A stretch of DNA of 64,000 bases, taken from Dehalococcoidales bacterium (GTDB lineage: Bacteria; Chloroflexota; Dehalococcoidia; Dehalococcoidales; GCA-2688105). A program made the position numbers and the translations under genes. This document shows, one piece after another, positions 53,389-62,024 of the stretch (position 1 is the first letter of the stretch; the number at the start of each line of letters is the position of its first letter). Below the pieces are notes generated by a model, which did no database searches, was not told the DNA's origin, and worked only from the letters and a program-made list of their open reading frames with translations. The stretch lies in the NCBI GenBank assembly GCA_002688105.1, contig NZBQ01000044.1, forward strand, positions 719 through 64,718, written 5' to 3'.

Positions 53389-53994
53389 TTGTCTAAGTTA
53401 TTATTGGTGAGGCACGGTGATACTGAGGCAAACAGTGCCGAGAGGTACTGGGGGTGTAGTGATGTCAGGCTGAGTGCGTCTGGAATCAGACAGGCGGAGA
53501 GATTACGTCAACGCCTGTCTGACGAGAAGATTGACGCTGTTTATTCCAGTAACCTGAGCCGGGCTTTAGTTACCGCCCAGACTATCGCTTCAGAGCACCA
53601 GTTGGAGGTTATAGCCTGCCCCGAATTGAGCGAGATTGACTTCGGTAAGTTTGAGGGTTTGAGCTTTGCCGAGGTCAGACAGCTTTACCCTGAGGTGGCT
53701 AAGTTGTGGGCGGAGAGGAATCCGAGTCTGGAATTTCCCGGGGGTGAAAGCCTTGATGGATTTGGTAAGCGGGTTAGCCAATTCCTGAACCGATTGGAGA
53801 AACGTTCATCGGAGGGAACCATACTGGTTGTTGCCCACAGCGGGAGTCTACGGGTATTGGTGTGCCGGTTACTGGGTATAGGATTACAGCATCGATGGCA
53901 CTTTCGTTTGGATTTGGCGTCGCTTAGTATCCTGGATACCTATCCTCAGGGAGCTATACTGGCGCTGTTAAACGATGTTTCTCATTTGAGATAG
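53389..53994 (+). CDS. cobC: alpha-ribazole phosphatase (histidine phosphatase family)
   Basis: 201 aa. LLLVRHGDTEAN (RHG motif) and a second His in VVAHSGSLR. TTG start after SD gggagga. Confidence 0.85.
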   Translation: MSKLLLVRHGDTEANSAERYWGCSDVRLSASGIRQAERLRQRLSDEKIDAVYSSNLSRALVTAQTIASEHQLEVIACPELSEIDFGKFEGLSFAEVRQLYPEVAKLWAERNPSLEFPGGESLDGFGKRVSQFLNRLEKRSSEGTILVVAHSGSLRVLVCRLLGIGLQHRWHFRLDLASLSILDTYPQGAILALLNDVSHLR

Positions 53995-54033
53995 GGGGTA
54001 AGGAGGGGATAAAGGGGGTGAGGTTCAATAAAT

Positions 54034-54582
54034 ATTCTAGTAACTGGTGGCGCCCGCAGTGGTAAGAGTCGTTTTGCCCAGGAGCTGGCACTAAAGCTGG
54101 GTAAGCCGGTACTCTTTGTGGCCACGGCAGAGGCTGGTGATGAAGAGATGAGACATCGTATTGAGGAGCATCGGAGAGCCAGGCCGTCAGACTGGAGCAC
54201 TCTTGAGGTTACCACTCAGGTAGGTCGTCAGATTTCCCAGAGAATCGGTCGGGCTCAGGTGGTGATTGTGGATTGTATTACTCTCCTGGTTAATAACATT
54301 TTTAACCAGGAGGGCCACCAGGCTGGCCAGCCGATTGATGCTTCTTTTATTGAGCAGAAACTTGTTGCTGAAATTAATGAACTGGTAGAGTGTATTAAGC
54401 ATACTAATGCCAGCTTCATTATGGTTACTAATGAGGTCGGTGCGGGTCTGGTGCCAGCTAACCATCTGAGCAGGTTGTATCGCGATTTGCTGGGCAAGGC
54501 AAACCAGATGCTGGCACAGGCAGCTGACGAGGTTTACCTGATGGTGGCTGGCTTACCGGTACCGATAAAGCCCTACAGGTAG
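54034..54582 (+). CDS. cobU: adenosylcobinamide kinase / adenosylcobinamide-phosphate guanylyltransferase; 5' end anomalous
   Basis: P-loop ILVTGGARSGKS starts at 54034. The frame is closed by TGA at 54019-54021. There is no ATG, GTG or TTG in frame between 54022 and the P-loop. GTG at 54018, behind SD aggagg, is out of frame by one nucleotide. Confidence 0.75.
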   Translation: MLVTGGARSGKSRFAQELALKLGKPVLFVATAEAGDEEMRHRIEEHRRARPSDWSTLEVTTQVGRQISQRIGRAQVVIVDCITLLVNNIFNQEGHQAGQPIDASFIEQKLVAEINELVECIKHTNASFIMVTNEVGAGLVPANHLSRLYRDLLGKANQMLAQAADEVYLMVAGLPVPIKPYR

Positions 54583-54590
54583 TTTTCCGT

Positions 54591-55730
54591 CTAAGCCACT
54601 GGTCTTCTATGCTTTGCGGAGTAGTAGGCGCTGATGGCAGCCGCTACTTCCTCGACCTGTCCTTGGCTTAATTCCGGGTACATGGGCAGGGAAAGGACCT
54701 GTTCCTGAGCCTGTTCGCTCTGGGGGAAATCGCCCGGCTTATAGCCCAAAGATTTATATACTTCCTGGAGGTGAAGACTTAACGGATAATAGATTGCTGT
54801 CTCGATGTCCTCGGCTTCCAAGTGCTTTCGCAGTCCATTTCGGTTCAGGCGGGAATCTTTCAGGCGGATGGTATAGTAGTTGCCGGAAGGTTTGTTATGT
54901 TCTTCAACATAGGGGGGCTCAATGCCATCTATTTGACTTAGTAGCCGGGTATAGAGCGAGGTTAGGCGGTGGCGAAGAGCATTCCATTCATCGAGGTGTT
55001 TCAGCTTGACCCTGAGTATCGCCGCCTGCATGGCATCAAGCCGACTGTTAAAACCGGGCAGAAGGTGATAGTAGCTGGTCTTAGAACCGTGTTTACGGAG
55101 TATATCCACGACTTCAGCAATCCCGGGGTCATTGGTAACTACCATGCCGCCATCGCCGTAGGCGCCAAGGTTCTTGGCAGGGAAGAAACTGAGGCAGCCG
55201 GTGTTACCTATAGAGCCTGTTTTTTCCCCTTGGTATTCCGCACCCAGAGACTGGGCACAATCTTCAATTATTTTGAGATTATGCTTCTTGCCTATCTTGA
55301 GAATAGGCGCCATATTTGCCGGCTGACCGTAGAGGTGGACGGGGATGATTGCCTTGGTTCGGGGGGTAATTTTAAGTTCAATTTGTTCCGGATTCAGGTT
55401 ATAAGTCCTGGGGTCAATATCGACAAATACCGGAGTGGCATGGCACCGGGCGATGACTTCAGCGGCAGCAATGAAGGTAAAGGGGGTAGTGATTACCTCG
55501 TCATCGGGTTTGATACCGCAGGCAAGTAAGGCAAGGTGGAGGGCATCGGTGCCTGAGGCAACCCCTATGGCAAATCTAGTGCCGCAGTAGGCTGCCATTT
55601 CTTCTTCAAAGGCTTTAACCTCAGGACCGAGAATAAACTGCCCCTCCCGTACTACCCGCTGGATAGCGGCGTCAATTTCCCCTTTAATTGAGCGGTATTG
55701 AGCTTTGAGGTCGGTTAATGGTATTGCCAT
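54591..55730 (-). CDS. DegT/DnrJ/EryC1/StrS family sugar aminotransferase (WbpE-like)
   Basis: 379 aa. Family-typical LGPEVKAFEEE, GTDALHLAL and FFPAKNLGAYGDGG. Confidence 0.85.
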   Translation of the reverse strand: MAIPLTDLKAQYRSIKGEIDAAIQRVVREGQFILGPEVKAFEEEMAAYCGTRFAIGVASGTDALHLALLACGIKPDDEVITTPFTFIAAAEVIARCHATPVFVDIDPRTYNLNPEQIELKITPRTKAIIPVHLYGQPANMAPILKIGKKHNLKIIEDCAQSLGAEYQGEKTGSIGNTGCLSFFPAKNLGAYGDGGMVVTNDPGIAEVVDILRKHGSKTSYYHLLPGFNSRLDAMQAAILRVKLKHLDEWNALRHRLTSLYTRLLSQIDGIEPPYVEEHNKPSGNYYTIRLKDSRLNRNGLRKHLEAEDIETAIYYPLSLHLQEVYKSLGYKPGDFPQSEQAQEQVLSLPMYPELSQGQVEEVAAAISAYYSAKHRRPVA

Positions 55731-57302
55731 TTATTTTTTTCCCGTTGGGATGACCTGTTCCCGCCCTTTTTGTTTATATGTGTTGCCACACTTGGAGCAT
55801 TTCGTCTGCTTATTCTGGTCAAAGTTTAGCGTTGTCCCGCATTGGCAGGCCCAGCCTTTTATTCGGGCGGGATTGCCGTAGGCCAGGGCATAATCGGGTA
55901 TGTCCTTGGTAACAACGGCACCAGCACCAATAAAGGCATACCTGCCTATGGTATTGCCACAGGTGATGGTAGCATTAGCCCCGATGGTGGCTCCCTTTTT
56001 GACTAGGGTGGGGGTAAATTTGTCTCTCTGTGAGATATGGCTGCGGGGGTTCTTGACATTGGTAAAGACACAGGCAGGGCCACAGAAGACATCGTCTTCC
56101 AGGGTGACCCCGTCGAAGACGGAGATATTGTTCTCCAGCTTAACATTATTACCGATATTTACATTCTCGCCGATAAACACATTTTGCCCTATAGTGCAGT
56201 TCTTACCAATAATGGTATGAGGCATGATATGAGAAAAGTGCCAGATTTTAGTACCATCGCCGATGTTAGGCGGTTCTTCTACGATGCTGGTAGGGTGGGC
56301 AAAGAAGCTATGGCTACTGGCTACCGGAATGTTCTGTCCCTGTCTCTGGAGCGACCTCTGGCAGGCATCGAGCATCTGCAAGACCTTTAATCCACTGCTG
56401 CCATCCGTTCGGGATTGTTGTCGTGATATCAGACAATCGATGAAGTGCTGGCACTCCAGTTTCAGTGGCTCGGTCATGGTAAACTCAATCGGTGTGGGTT
56501 CTTGTCGCTGAGGTACCGGCACCCCGTTAATCCTTTCTATCTGGTAATCGTAGAGCCGAAGCTTGTTTTTGGGAGTTACGTCGTCGAATACTGCTGTTTT
56601 CTGCTCACCGACAACGACCAGCTTCTGCTCTTTATAGGGGTGGAGCCAGTTGACAAAGATGTGGGCTTTCACCCCGCTGGCAAAGCTCATGGTAGTAACG
56701 GTAACATCGGCTATATCCCGGTGGAGGTAACAGCCACCGTGGGCGGAGACCTCTTGCGGCATTTCATTGAGCAGCAGCAGGATGACCGATATGTCATGGG
56801 GGGCGAAGCTCCACAGGATATTCTCTTCGGTTCTGAACTTGCCCAGGTTAAGGCGACTGGAATAGATGTAGTCGAGCTTGCCTAGCTCGCCGCTGTCTAC
56901 CAGTTGTTTAAGTTTAACAATTCCCGGGTGATACTCCATTACATGCCCCACCATAAGGATTTTAGTTTTTTCTTCAGCTAGTTTGACCAGCTCCTCCCCT
57001 TCTTTAACGGTGAGGGATAGCGGCTTTTCTACAAAGACATCCTTGTTAGCCAGCAGGGCTTGTTTGGTCATTAAGTGGTGGAGTGCCGCTGGAGTGGATA
57101 TGACCACACCCTTTATTTCTTTGCTGGCTAGTACCTGCTCAAAATCCGTTTCCCGATTAACAGCTGGATGGAGGTTTTCAAATCGACTCAGAAGTTCTGG
57201 GGAGCTATCGCAGATGGTATGCAGGGTGCCAAGCTCAGCGAAATTACGAACCAGGTTTTTACCCCAGTGACCACAGCCGATAACGGCTATATTTCTCTCC
57301 AT
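55731..57302 (-). CDS. fusion of Gfo/Idh/MocA oxidoreductase (WbpB-like) with LbH N-acetyltransferase (WbpD-like) and a C-terminal zinc ribbon
   Basis: 523 aa. N-terminal Rossmann [12 protein letters not shown]. Hexapeptide repeats from about residue 340. Tail CQCG..CSKCG. Confidence 0.8.
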   Translation of the reverse strand: MERNIAVIGCGHWGKNLVRNFAELGTLHTICDSSPELLSRFENLHPAVNRETDFEQVLASKEIKGVVISTPAALHHLMTKQALLANKDVFVEKPLSLTVKEGEELVKLAEEKTKILMVGHVMEYHPGIVKLKQLVDSGELGKLDYIYSSRLNLGKFRTEENILWSFAPHDISVILLLLNEMPQEVSAHGGCYLHRDIADVTVTTMSFASGVKAHIFVNWLHPYKEQKLVVVGEQKTAVFDDVTPKNKLRLYDYQIERINGVPVPQRQEPTPIEFTMTEPLKLECQHFIDCLISRQQSRTDGSSGLKVLQMLDACQRSLQRQGQNIPVASSHSFFAHPTSIVEEPPNIGDGTKIWHFSHIMPHTIIGKNCTIGQNVFIGENVNIGNNVKLENNISVFDGVTLEDDVFCGPACVFTNVKNPRSHISQRDKFTPTLVKKGATIGANATITCGNTIGRYAFIGAGAVVTKDIPDYALAYGNPARIKGWACQCGTTLNFDQNKQTKCSKCGNTYKQKGREQVIPTGKK

Positions 57303-57308
57303 TTATCC

Positions 57309-58604
57309 TCACAGTCTGACAATATTATTGTTTTTTAGCTTTTTAGTAGTTCCTCTGGTATCAAATATCAAGCTGGCTTTATCGGCTATGCGCTGGTAGT
57401 CGTAGTGGCTATGGTCGGTGGCTATCACCACGCAGTCAGTTCCGGACAGGTATTCATCAGTAAGTTCCACTGAGGGCAGGGTGTCCTTATCAATCTGGAC
57501 TTTCGTTATGTAGGGGTCATTGTAGCTTACACTGGCTCCTTTTTCCCGAAGAAGCTGGATTAGTTTTAGAGATGGAGATTCCCTGATGTCTTCCACGTCT
57601 TTCTTGTAGGCTACCCCCAGCACCAGCACCCTGGCGTCATTCAGGCTTTTGCCGCTGGCATTTAGGGCTGCCATGATGCGAGAGGTGACATAATAGGGCA
57701 TTCGTTCATTAATCTCGGCGGCCAGTTCGATAAACCTGGTGTGGAAGTCATATTCTTTGGCTTTGCTAGCTAGATAATAGGGGTCAAGCGGGATGCAGTG
57801 CCCGCCTATCCCGGGTCCGGGGTAGAAGGGCATATAGCCGAATGGTTTGGAGGCGGCAGCGTCAAGTATTTCCCAGACACTGATGCCCATCTTGTCACAG
57901 AGCTGACTTAGCTCGTTGACCAGGGCGATGTTCACGTTGCGGAAGACATTTTCAAATACCTTGGTCATCTCAGCGACCTCAGGGCGCGAGACAGTCACTA
58001 CTACCTCAGCTAACTGGCGGTAAAGTAGCTCGGCAAGCTTGGTAGAGGTTGGCTCCATTCCGCCCACTACCTTCGGGGTGTTCTTGATGTCGTATTTTTT
58101 ATTACCCGGGTCAAGCCTTTCTGGCGAGTAGGCGAGGTAAAAATCCTGGCCTGCCTTCAGCCCCGAGCGTTCCAGGATGGGCAGTACTACCTCTCTGGTG
58201 GTGCCGGGGTAGGTAGTGCTTTCCAGAATTACCAGTTGTCCCGGTCGGAGGCATCTGGATATTTCTTCGGACTCGTGGATGATATAGGAGAGGTCTGGCT
58301 CCTTGGTTCCGGTGAGCGGGGTAGGCACGCAGATATAAATAGCCTCCACTTCCTTGAGTCGGCTTTGAACTGTGGTTGCCTCCAAGAGGTTACTGGCTAT
58401 GGCTGCGGAGAGACTGTCATTGCTGATGTTGGCGATATAAGATTGTCCTTTATTGACTAAGTCTGCCCTCTTTTGCTGTATGTCGACCCCCAGAACTTTA
58501 AAGCCTGCCTGGGAGAAGGCAATGGCTAAGGGCAGTCCGACATAGCCAAGACCGATAATGCCAACGAGGGCACTCTTATTTCTTATCTTTTGTTCTAAGT
58601 CCAT
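57309..58604 (-). CDS. UDP-N-acetyl-D-hexosamine 6-dehydrogenase (WbpA/WecC-type nucleotide-sugar dehydrogenase)
   Basis: 431 aa. VGIIGLGYVGLPLA. Catalytic-Cys region GPGIGGHCIPLDP. Confidence 0.85.
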   Translation of the reverse strand: MDLEQKIRNKSALVGIIGLGYVGLPLAIAFSQAGFKVLGVDIQQKRADLVNKGQSYIANISNDSLSAAIASNLLEATTVQSRLKEVEAIYICVPTPLTGTKEPDLSYIIHESEEISRCLRPGQLVILESTTYPGTTREVVLPILERSGLKAGQDFYLAYSPERLDPGNKKYDIKNTPKVVGGMEPTSTKLAELLYRQLAEVVVTVSRPEVAEMTKVFENVFRNVNIALVNELSQLCDKMGISVWEILDAAASKPFGYMPFYPGPGIGGHCIPLDPYYLASKAKEYDFHTRFIELAAEINERMPYYVTSRIMAALNASGKSLNDARVLVLGVAYKKDVEDIRESPSLKLIQLLREKGASVSYNDPYITKVQIDKDTLPSVELTDEYLSGTDCVVIATDHSHYDYQRIADKASLIFDTRGTTKKLKNNNIVRL

Positions 58605-58698
58605 AAAATCTCTTGAAGAGCCCTGACTCTATAGGCTCTCGAACCAACGGTAGTAAAACCCTTTGAGTGCTCATTAGGGAGATAGGCTCTGACTGCAT

Positions 58699-59004
58699 CT
58701 AGCGTTCCAGCTTCTTTAGTACTGACTCCAGCTTGCCCTTCATGCTTACGGTCTTGTCCCGGCGGTCATCAATCTTGACGGTGGTTACCACTCTCATAAT
58801 GTCCTCATCGAAAGTAGCTTCGTGCATGTTTTTGATTACTCTCAGGACCTCTTCCAGGTCGCCTTCGATGATAGTCCCCATTGAAGTTAGTTCATACTTT
58901 ATATTTTTATCTTCTTGCAGGACTCTGCAGGTACGGGCTACATATTCACTAACCGAAGGAGTCTTAGTCCCTAAAGGAATAATGCTTACCTCAGCTATTG
59001 CCAT
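58699..59004 (-). CDS. MTH1187/YkoF (DUF77) family protein
   Basis: 101 aa. MAIAEVSIIPLGT..YELTSMGTIIEGDL is typical of the family. Confidence 0.7.
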   Translation of the reverse strand: MAIAEVSIIPLGTKTPSVSEYVARTCRVLQEDKNIKYELTSMGTIIEGDLEEVLRVIKNMHEATFDEDIMRVVTTVKIDDRRDKTVSMKGKLESVLKKLER

Positions 59005-59045
59005 ACTGGTTATAGCCTCCTCTTTAAGGTATGTACGGATGCGGG

Positions 59046-59363
59046 CTAGAGAAGCTCATCAATTTTTGGCTGAAGGGCTTGTTCTGGAACCGCGCCGATA
59101 ACGGTGTCCACTACCGCACCGCCCTTAAAAAACAGCAGTGTCGGGATAGACATCACATTGTATTTGGCGGCGGTTTGTTGGTTCTCATCTACATTCAATC
59201 GATAAAACTTCAACCTGCCGTTATACTTTTCTGCCAGTTTCTCAACGACGGGGGCAACCATAAGGCAGGGGCGGCACCAGGGTGCCCATAAGTCTACCAA
59301 TGCCGGCAGGTCTGACTTTATGACTTCCTCTTCGAAATTTTGGTCAGTAACATCATTTACCAT
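59046..59363 (-). CDS. trxA: thioredoxin
   Basis: 105 aa. WAPWCRPC active site. Confidence 0.95.
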   Translation of the reverse strand: MVNDVTDQNFEEEVIKSDLPALVDLWAPWCRPCLMVAPVVEKLAEKYNGRLKFYRLNVDENQQTAAKYNVMSIPTLLFFKGGAVVDTVIGAVPEQALQPKIDELL

Positions 59364-59476
59364 TACTGGTGCCCCCTTTTAAAGTTTATATTCTTGCCTC
59401 TATGGTAACGCCGAGACTCTCAGGTGTCAAGGAGGTGCATTCCTTCAAGCTAAACCTATGTTTTGCTACTGGTTAA

Positions 59477-59505
59477 TTGACATCTGGAGGTACGGTGGTT
59501 AGAAT
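59477..59505 (+). promoter_or_regulatory. near-consensus promoter placed for a leaderless or near-leaderless glmM transcript
   Basis: -35 TTGACA (59477-59482), 17-nt spacer, -10 TAGAAT (59500-59505). Only 9 nt separate the -10 from the ATG at 59515. Confidence 0.45.
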
Positions 59506-59514
59506 TGGGGCAAC

Positions 59515-60810
59515 ATGCAGTTATTTGGTACCTCAGGGATACGGGGTGTTGCCGATAGTAACCTGATTCAGTTAGCTCTAAAGGTTGGGCTATCGGTAGG
59601 CAAGACTTATGGCAATGTAGTAATCGGCAGTGATACCAGAACCTCCAGTGATGCTATGAAGCATGCCCTTGTCTCAGGGGTACTCACTGCTGGCTCCGGG
59701 TGTTTTGATGCCGGGGTTATACCGACGCCAACACTTGCCCTGGCTGCTAAAGAATTTGAGGCCGGGGTAATGGTTACGGCTTCGCATAATCCCCCCCAAT
59801 ATAATGGGATTAAACTTTTAAACTCAGATGGCTCTGCCTTCAATTCTTACCAGCAGAAACAAATAGAAGAGTCAGTTTCAGGCGATTCTTTCCCGACTGC
59901 CCGGTGGGAAGAGATTAAGAGCAGCAGTATCTATAATGGGGCAATTGGGAAGCATATTGAACGTCTGCTGCAGGATTTTCCCGGAGGCTTAAAGGTTAGG
60001 GTGGTGGTGGATAGTGGTTGTGGCGCTGCCTCTCTGGTTACCCCTTATCTACTAAAGAAACTGGGTGGTGAAGTGTTTGCTTTAAACTGTTACCCTAGCG
60101 GTCTCTTTCCCCGTGATATTGAGCCAACCGGGGCTAACCTCAGGGATTTAATACAGGCAACCAAGGAGTTCGGAGCTGATTTAGGTATTGCTCATGACGG
60201 GGATGGTGACCGAATGATGGCAGTGGACGATAGGGGCCGGTTTGTTTCCGGGGATAAGCTGCTGGCAATTTTTGCCCGGGAGGTAGAGGCAAAGGAAGTG
60301 GTTACCACTATAGATGCCTCTATGGTAATGGATGATATGGATTTCAAGGTTACCAGAACCAGAGTGGGAGATACCAATGTGTCTGGGGAACTCAGAAAGG
60401 GTGGGGATTTTGGTGGCGAGCCATCAGGGAGCTGGGTTTTCCCTAATATCTCACTATGTCCCGATGGTATTTATGCGGCAGCTCAGTTAGTAACCATAGC
60501 CAGTCGGCAAAAATTATCGCAACTGGTTGACAGCCTACCCGGTTACCCGATTCTCCGGGGTGGTGTCACTGGCAAAGTGGTAATGTCCAGGCTGGAGACG
60601 CGGTTAATGGCTGTGGAACCATTATCGGTAAGCAAGGTTGATGGTATTAAACTGAGTTTTGAAGATGGCTGGCTGCTGGTTAGAAAATCAGGCACCGAGC
60701 CTAAGGTAAGAGTAACCGCTGAGGCCAAGAGCCAGGCACGGGTGCGTCAGCTATATGATGATGGCGTTAGCGCTGTCAGGGCGAGTATGGAGAGAAGCGA
60801 GGGGAAATAG
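59515..60810 (+). CDS. glmM: phosphoglucosamine/phosphohexose mutase (archaeal-type GlmM)
   Basis: 431 aa. Phosphoserine loop TASHNPPQYNGIK. Metal loop AHDGDGDR. The sugar specificity is inferred from the glmS/glmU-like neighbours. Confidence 0.8.
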   Translation: MQLFGTSGIRGVADSNLIQLALKVGLSVGKTYGNVVIGSDTRTSSDAMKHALVSGVLTAGSGCFDAGVIPTPTLALAAKEFEAGVMVTASHNPPQYNGIKLLNSDGSAFNSYQQKQIEESVSGDSFPTARWEEIKSSSIYNGAIGKHIERLLQDFPGGLKVRVVVDSGCGAASLVTPYLLKKLGGEVFALNCYPSGLFPRDIEPTGANLRDLIQATKEFGADLGIAHDGDGDRMMAVDDRGRFVSGDKLLAIFAREVEAKEVVTTIDASMVMDDMDFKVTRTRVGDTNVSGELRKGGDFGGEPSGSWVFPNISLCPDGIYAAAQLVTIASRQKLSQLVDSLPGYPILRGGVTGKVVMSRLETRLMAVEPLSVSKVDGIKLSFEDGWLLVRKSGTEPKVRVTAEAKSQARVRQLYDDGVSAVRASMERSEGK

Positions 60811-60811
60811 G

Positions 60812-62014
60812 TTGAAGGCAATTATTTTAGCGGCTGGAGAAGGTAGCCGGATGCGTCCCCTTACCTACACCCGACCCAAGGTGATGTTGCCTATAGCCAA
60901 TAAGCCTATCCTGGAGCATTTGCTCATTGAGGTCAGGGAGGCTGGTATAAGGGAATTTGTCTTTGTGGTCGGCTATCGTGATGAGCGGGTGCGTGGTTAC
61001 TTCGGCGGCGGTGACCAGTGGGGGGTAAGTATAATCTACTCAAACCAGAGGCGGCAACTGGGGACGGCTGATGCGCTTAGATCGGTTAAAAACTTGGTCG
61101 ACGGGAACTTTCTGGTGATAAACGGGGATGTTATTGTTGACCAAAAGGACATTAGCCAGCTATCCCGTAGGAATAGTAATACGGTAGGTATAGTCGAGGT
61201 TGAGAATACCAGGGAATTAGGGGTGATTGAGGTAAGCGGCGACAGAGTAGTCCATATTTACGAGAAGGTGAAGAAACCTACTTCCCATATGGCAAATACC
61301 GGTCTGTACCTGTTCACTCTGAATATATTTGATGCCATCTCCCGGACTTCAAAATCGCCACGAGGGGAGTATGAGATAACCGATTCCTTACAATTGATGA
61401 TAGATAAAGGTCATCCGGTTTCTTATCAGGAGATTAGCCATTGGCTGGACCTTAGCTATCCCTGGAATCTGCTGCTAGCTAATGAGTCGTTATTGACTGG
61501 TATAGAAGCACAGAACCTGGGTGAGGTGGAAGGGAATGTGGTGATGAAGGGAGAGGTTTTTATAGGTAAGGGTACCGTAGTAAGGTCGGGCTCCTATATA
61601 GTTGGTCCGGTGATAATCGGGCAGAATTGTGATATTGGACCAAATTGCTGTATTCGTCCTTATACCTCTATCGGCGATGATTGTCACATCGGCAGTGCCG
61701 TGGAGGTTAAGAATTCCATAGTCATGAACGGGAGCAAGATTCCCCACCATAACTATGTGGGTGATAGCGTTATTGGGGAGGAATGCAATCTCGGGGCTGG
61801 GACTAAGCTTGCCAATGTTAGGCTGGATAAAAGTAATATAAGGGTGGCGAATATAGATACTAAAAGGCGCAAGCTGGGGGCGATAATAGGGGATAGGGTG
61901 GAAATCGGGATTAATGCTAGTATTAATGTAGGCAGTGCGATTGGCAATAATACCATTATTGGACCAGGAGCGGTAGTTAGTGGTGTTATTTTGCCGAATT
62001 CAAAGCTGTTTTGA
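60812..62014 (+). CDS. bifunctional sugar-1-phosphate nucleotidyltransferase / LbH acyltransferase (archaeal GlmU-like)
   Basis: TTG start 1 nt after the glmM stop. AIILAAGEGSRMRPLT. C-terminal hexapeptide repeats. Confidence 0.8.
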   Translation: MKAIILAAGEGSRMRPLTYTRPKVMLPIANKPILEHLLIEVREAGIREFVFVVGYRDERVRGYFGGGDQWGVSIIYSNQRRQLGTADALRSVKNLVDGNFLVINGDVIVDQKDISQLSRRNSNTVGIVEVENTRELGVIEVSGDRVVHIYEKVKKPTSHMANTGLYLFTLNIFDAISRTSKSPRGEYEITDSLQLMIDKGHPVSYQEISHWLDLSYPWNLLLANESLLTGIEAQNLGEVEGNVVMKGEVFIGKGTVVRSGSYIVGPVIIGQNCDIGPNCCIRPYTSIGDDCHIGSAVEVKNSIVMNGSKIPHHNYVGDSVIGEECNLGAGTKLANVRLDKSNIRVANIDTKRRKLGAIIGDRVEIGINASINVGSAIGNNTIIGPGAVVSGVILPNSKLF

Positions 62015-62024
62015 GGAGTGAGCA

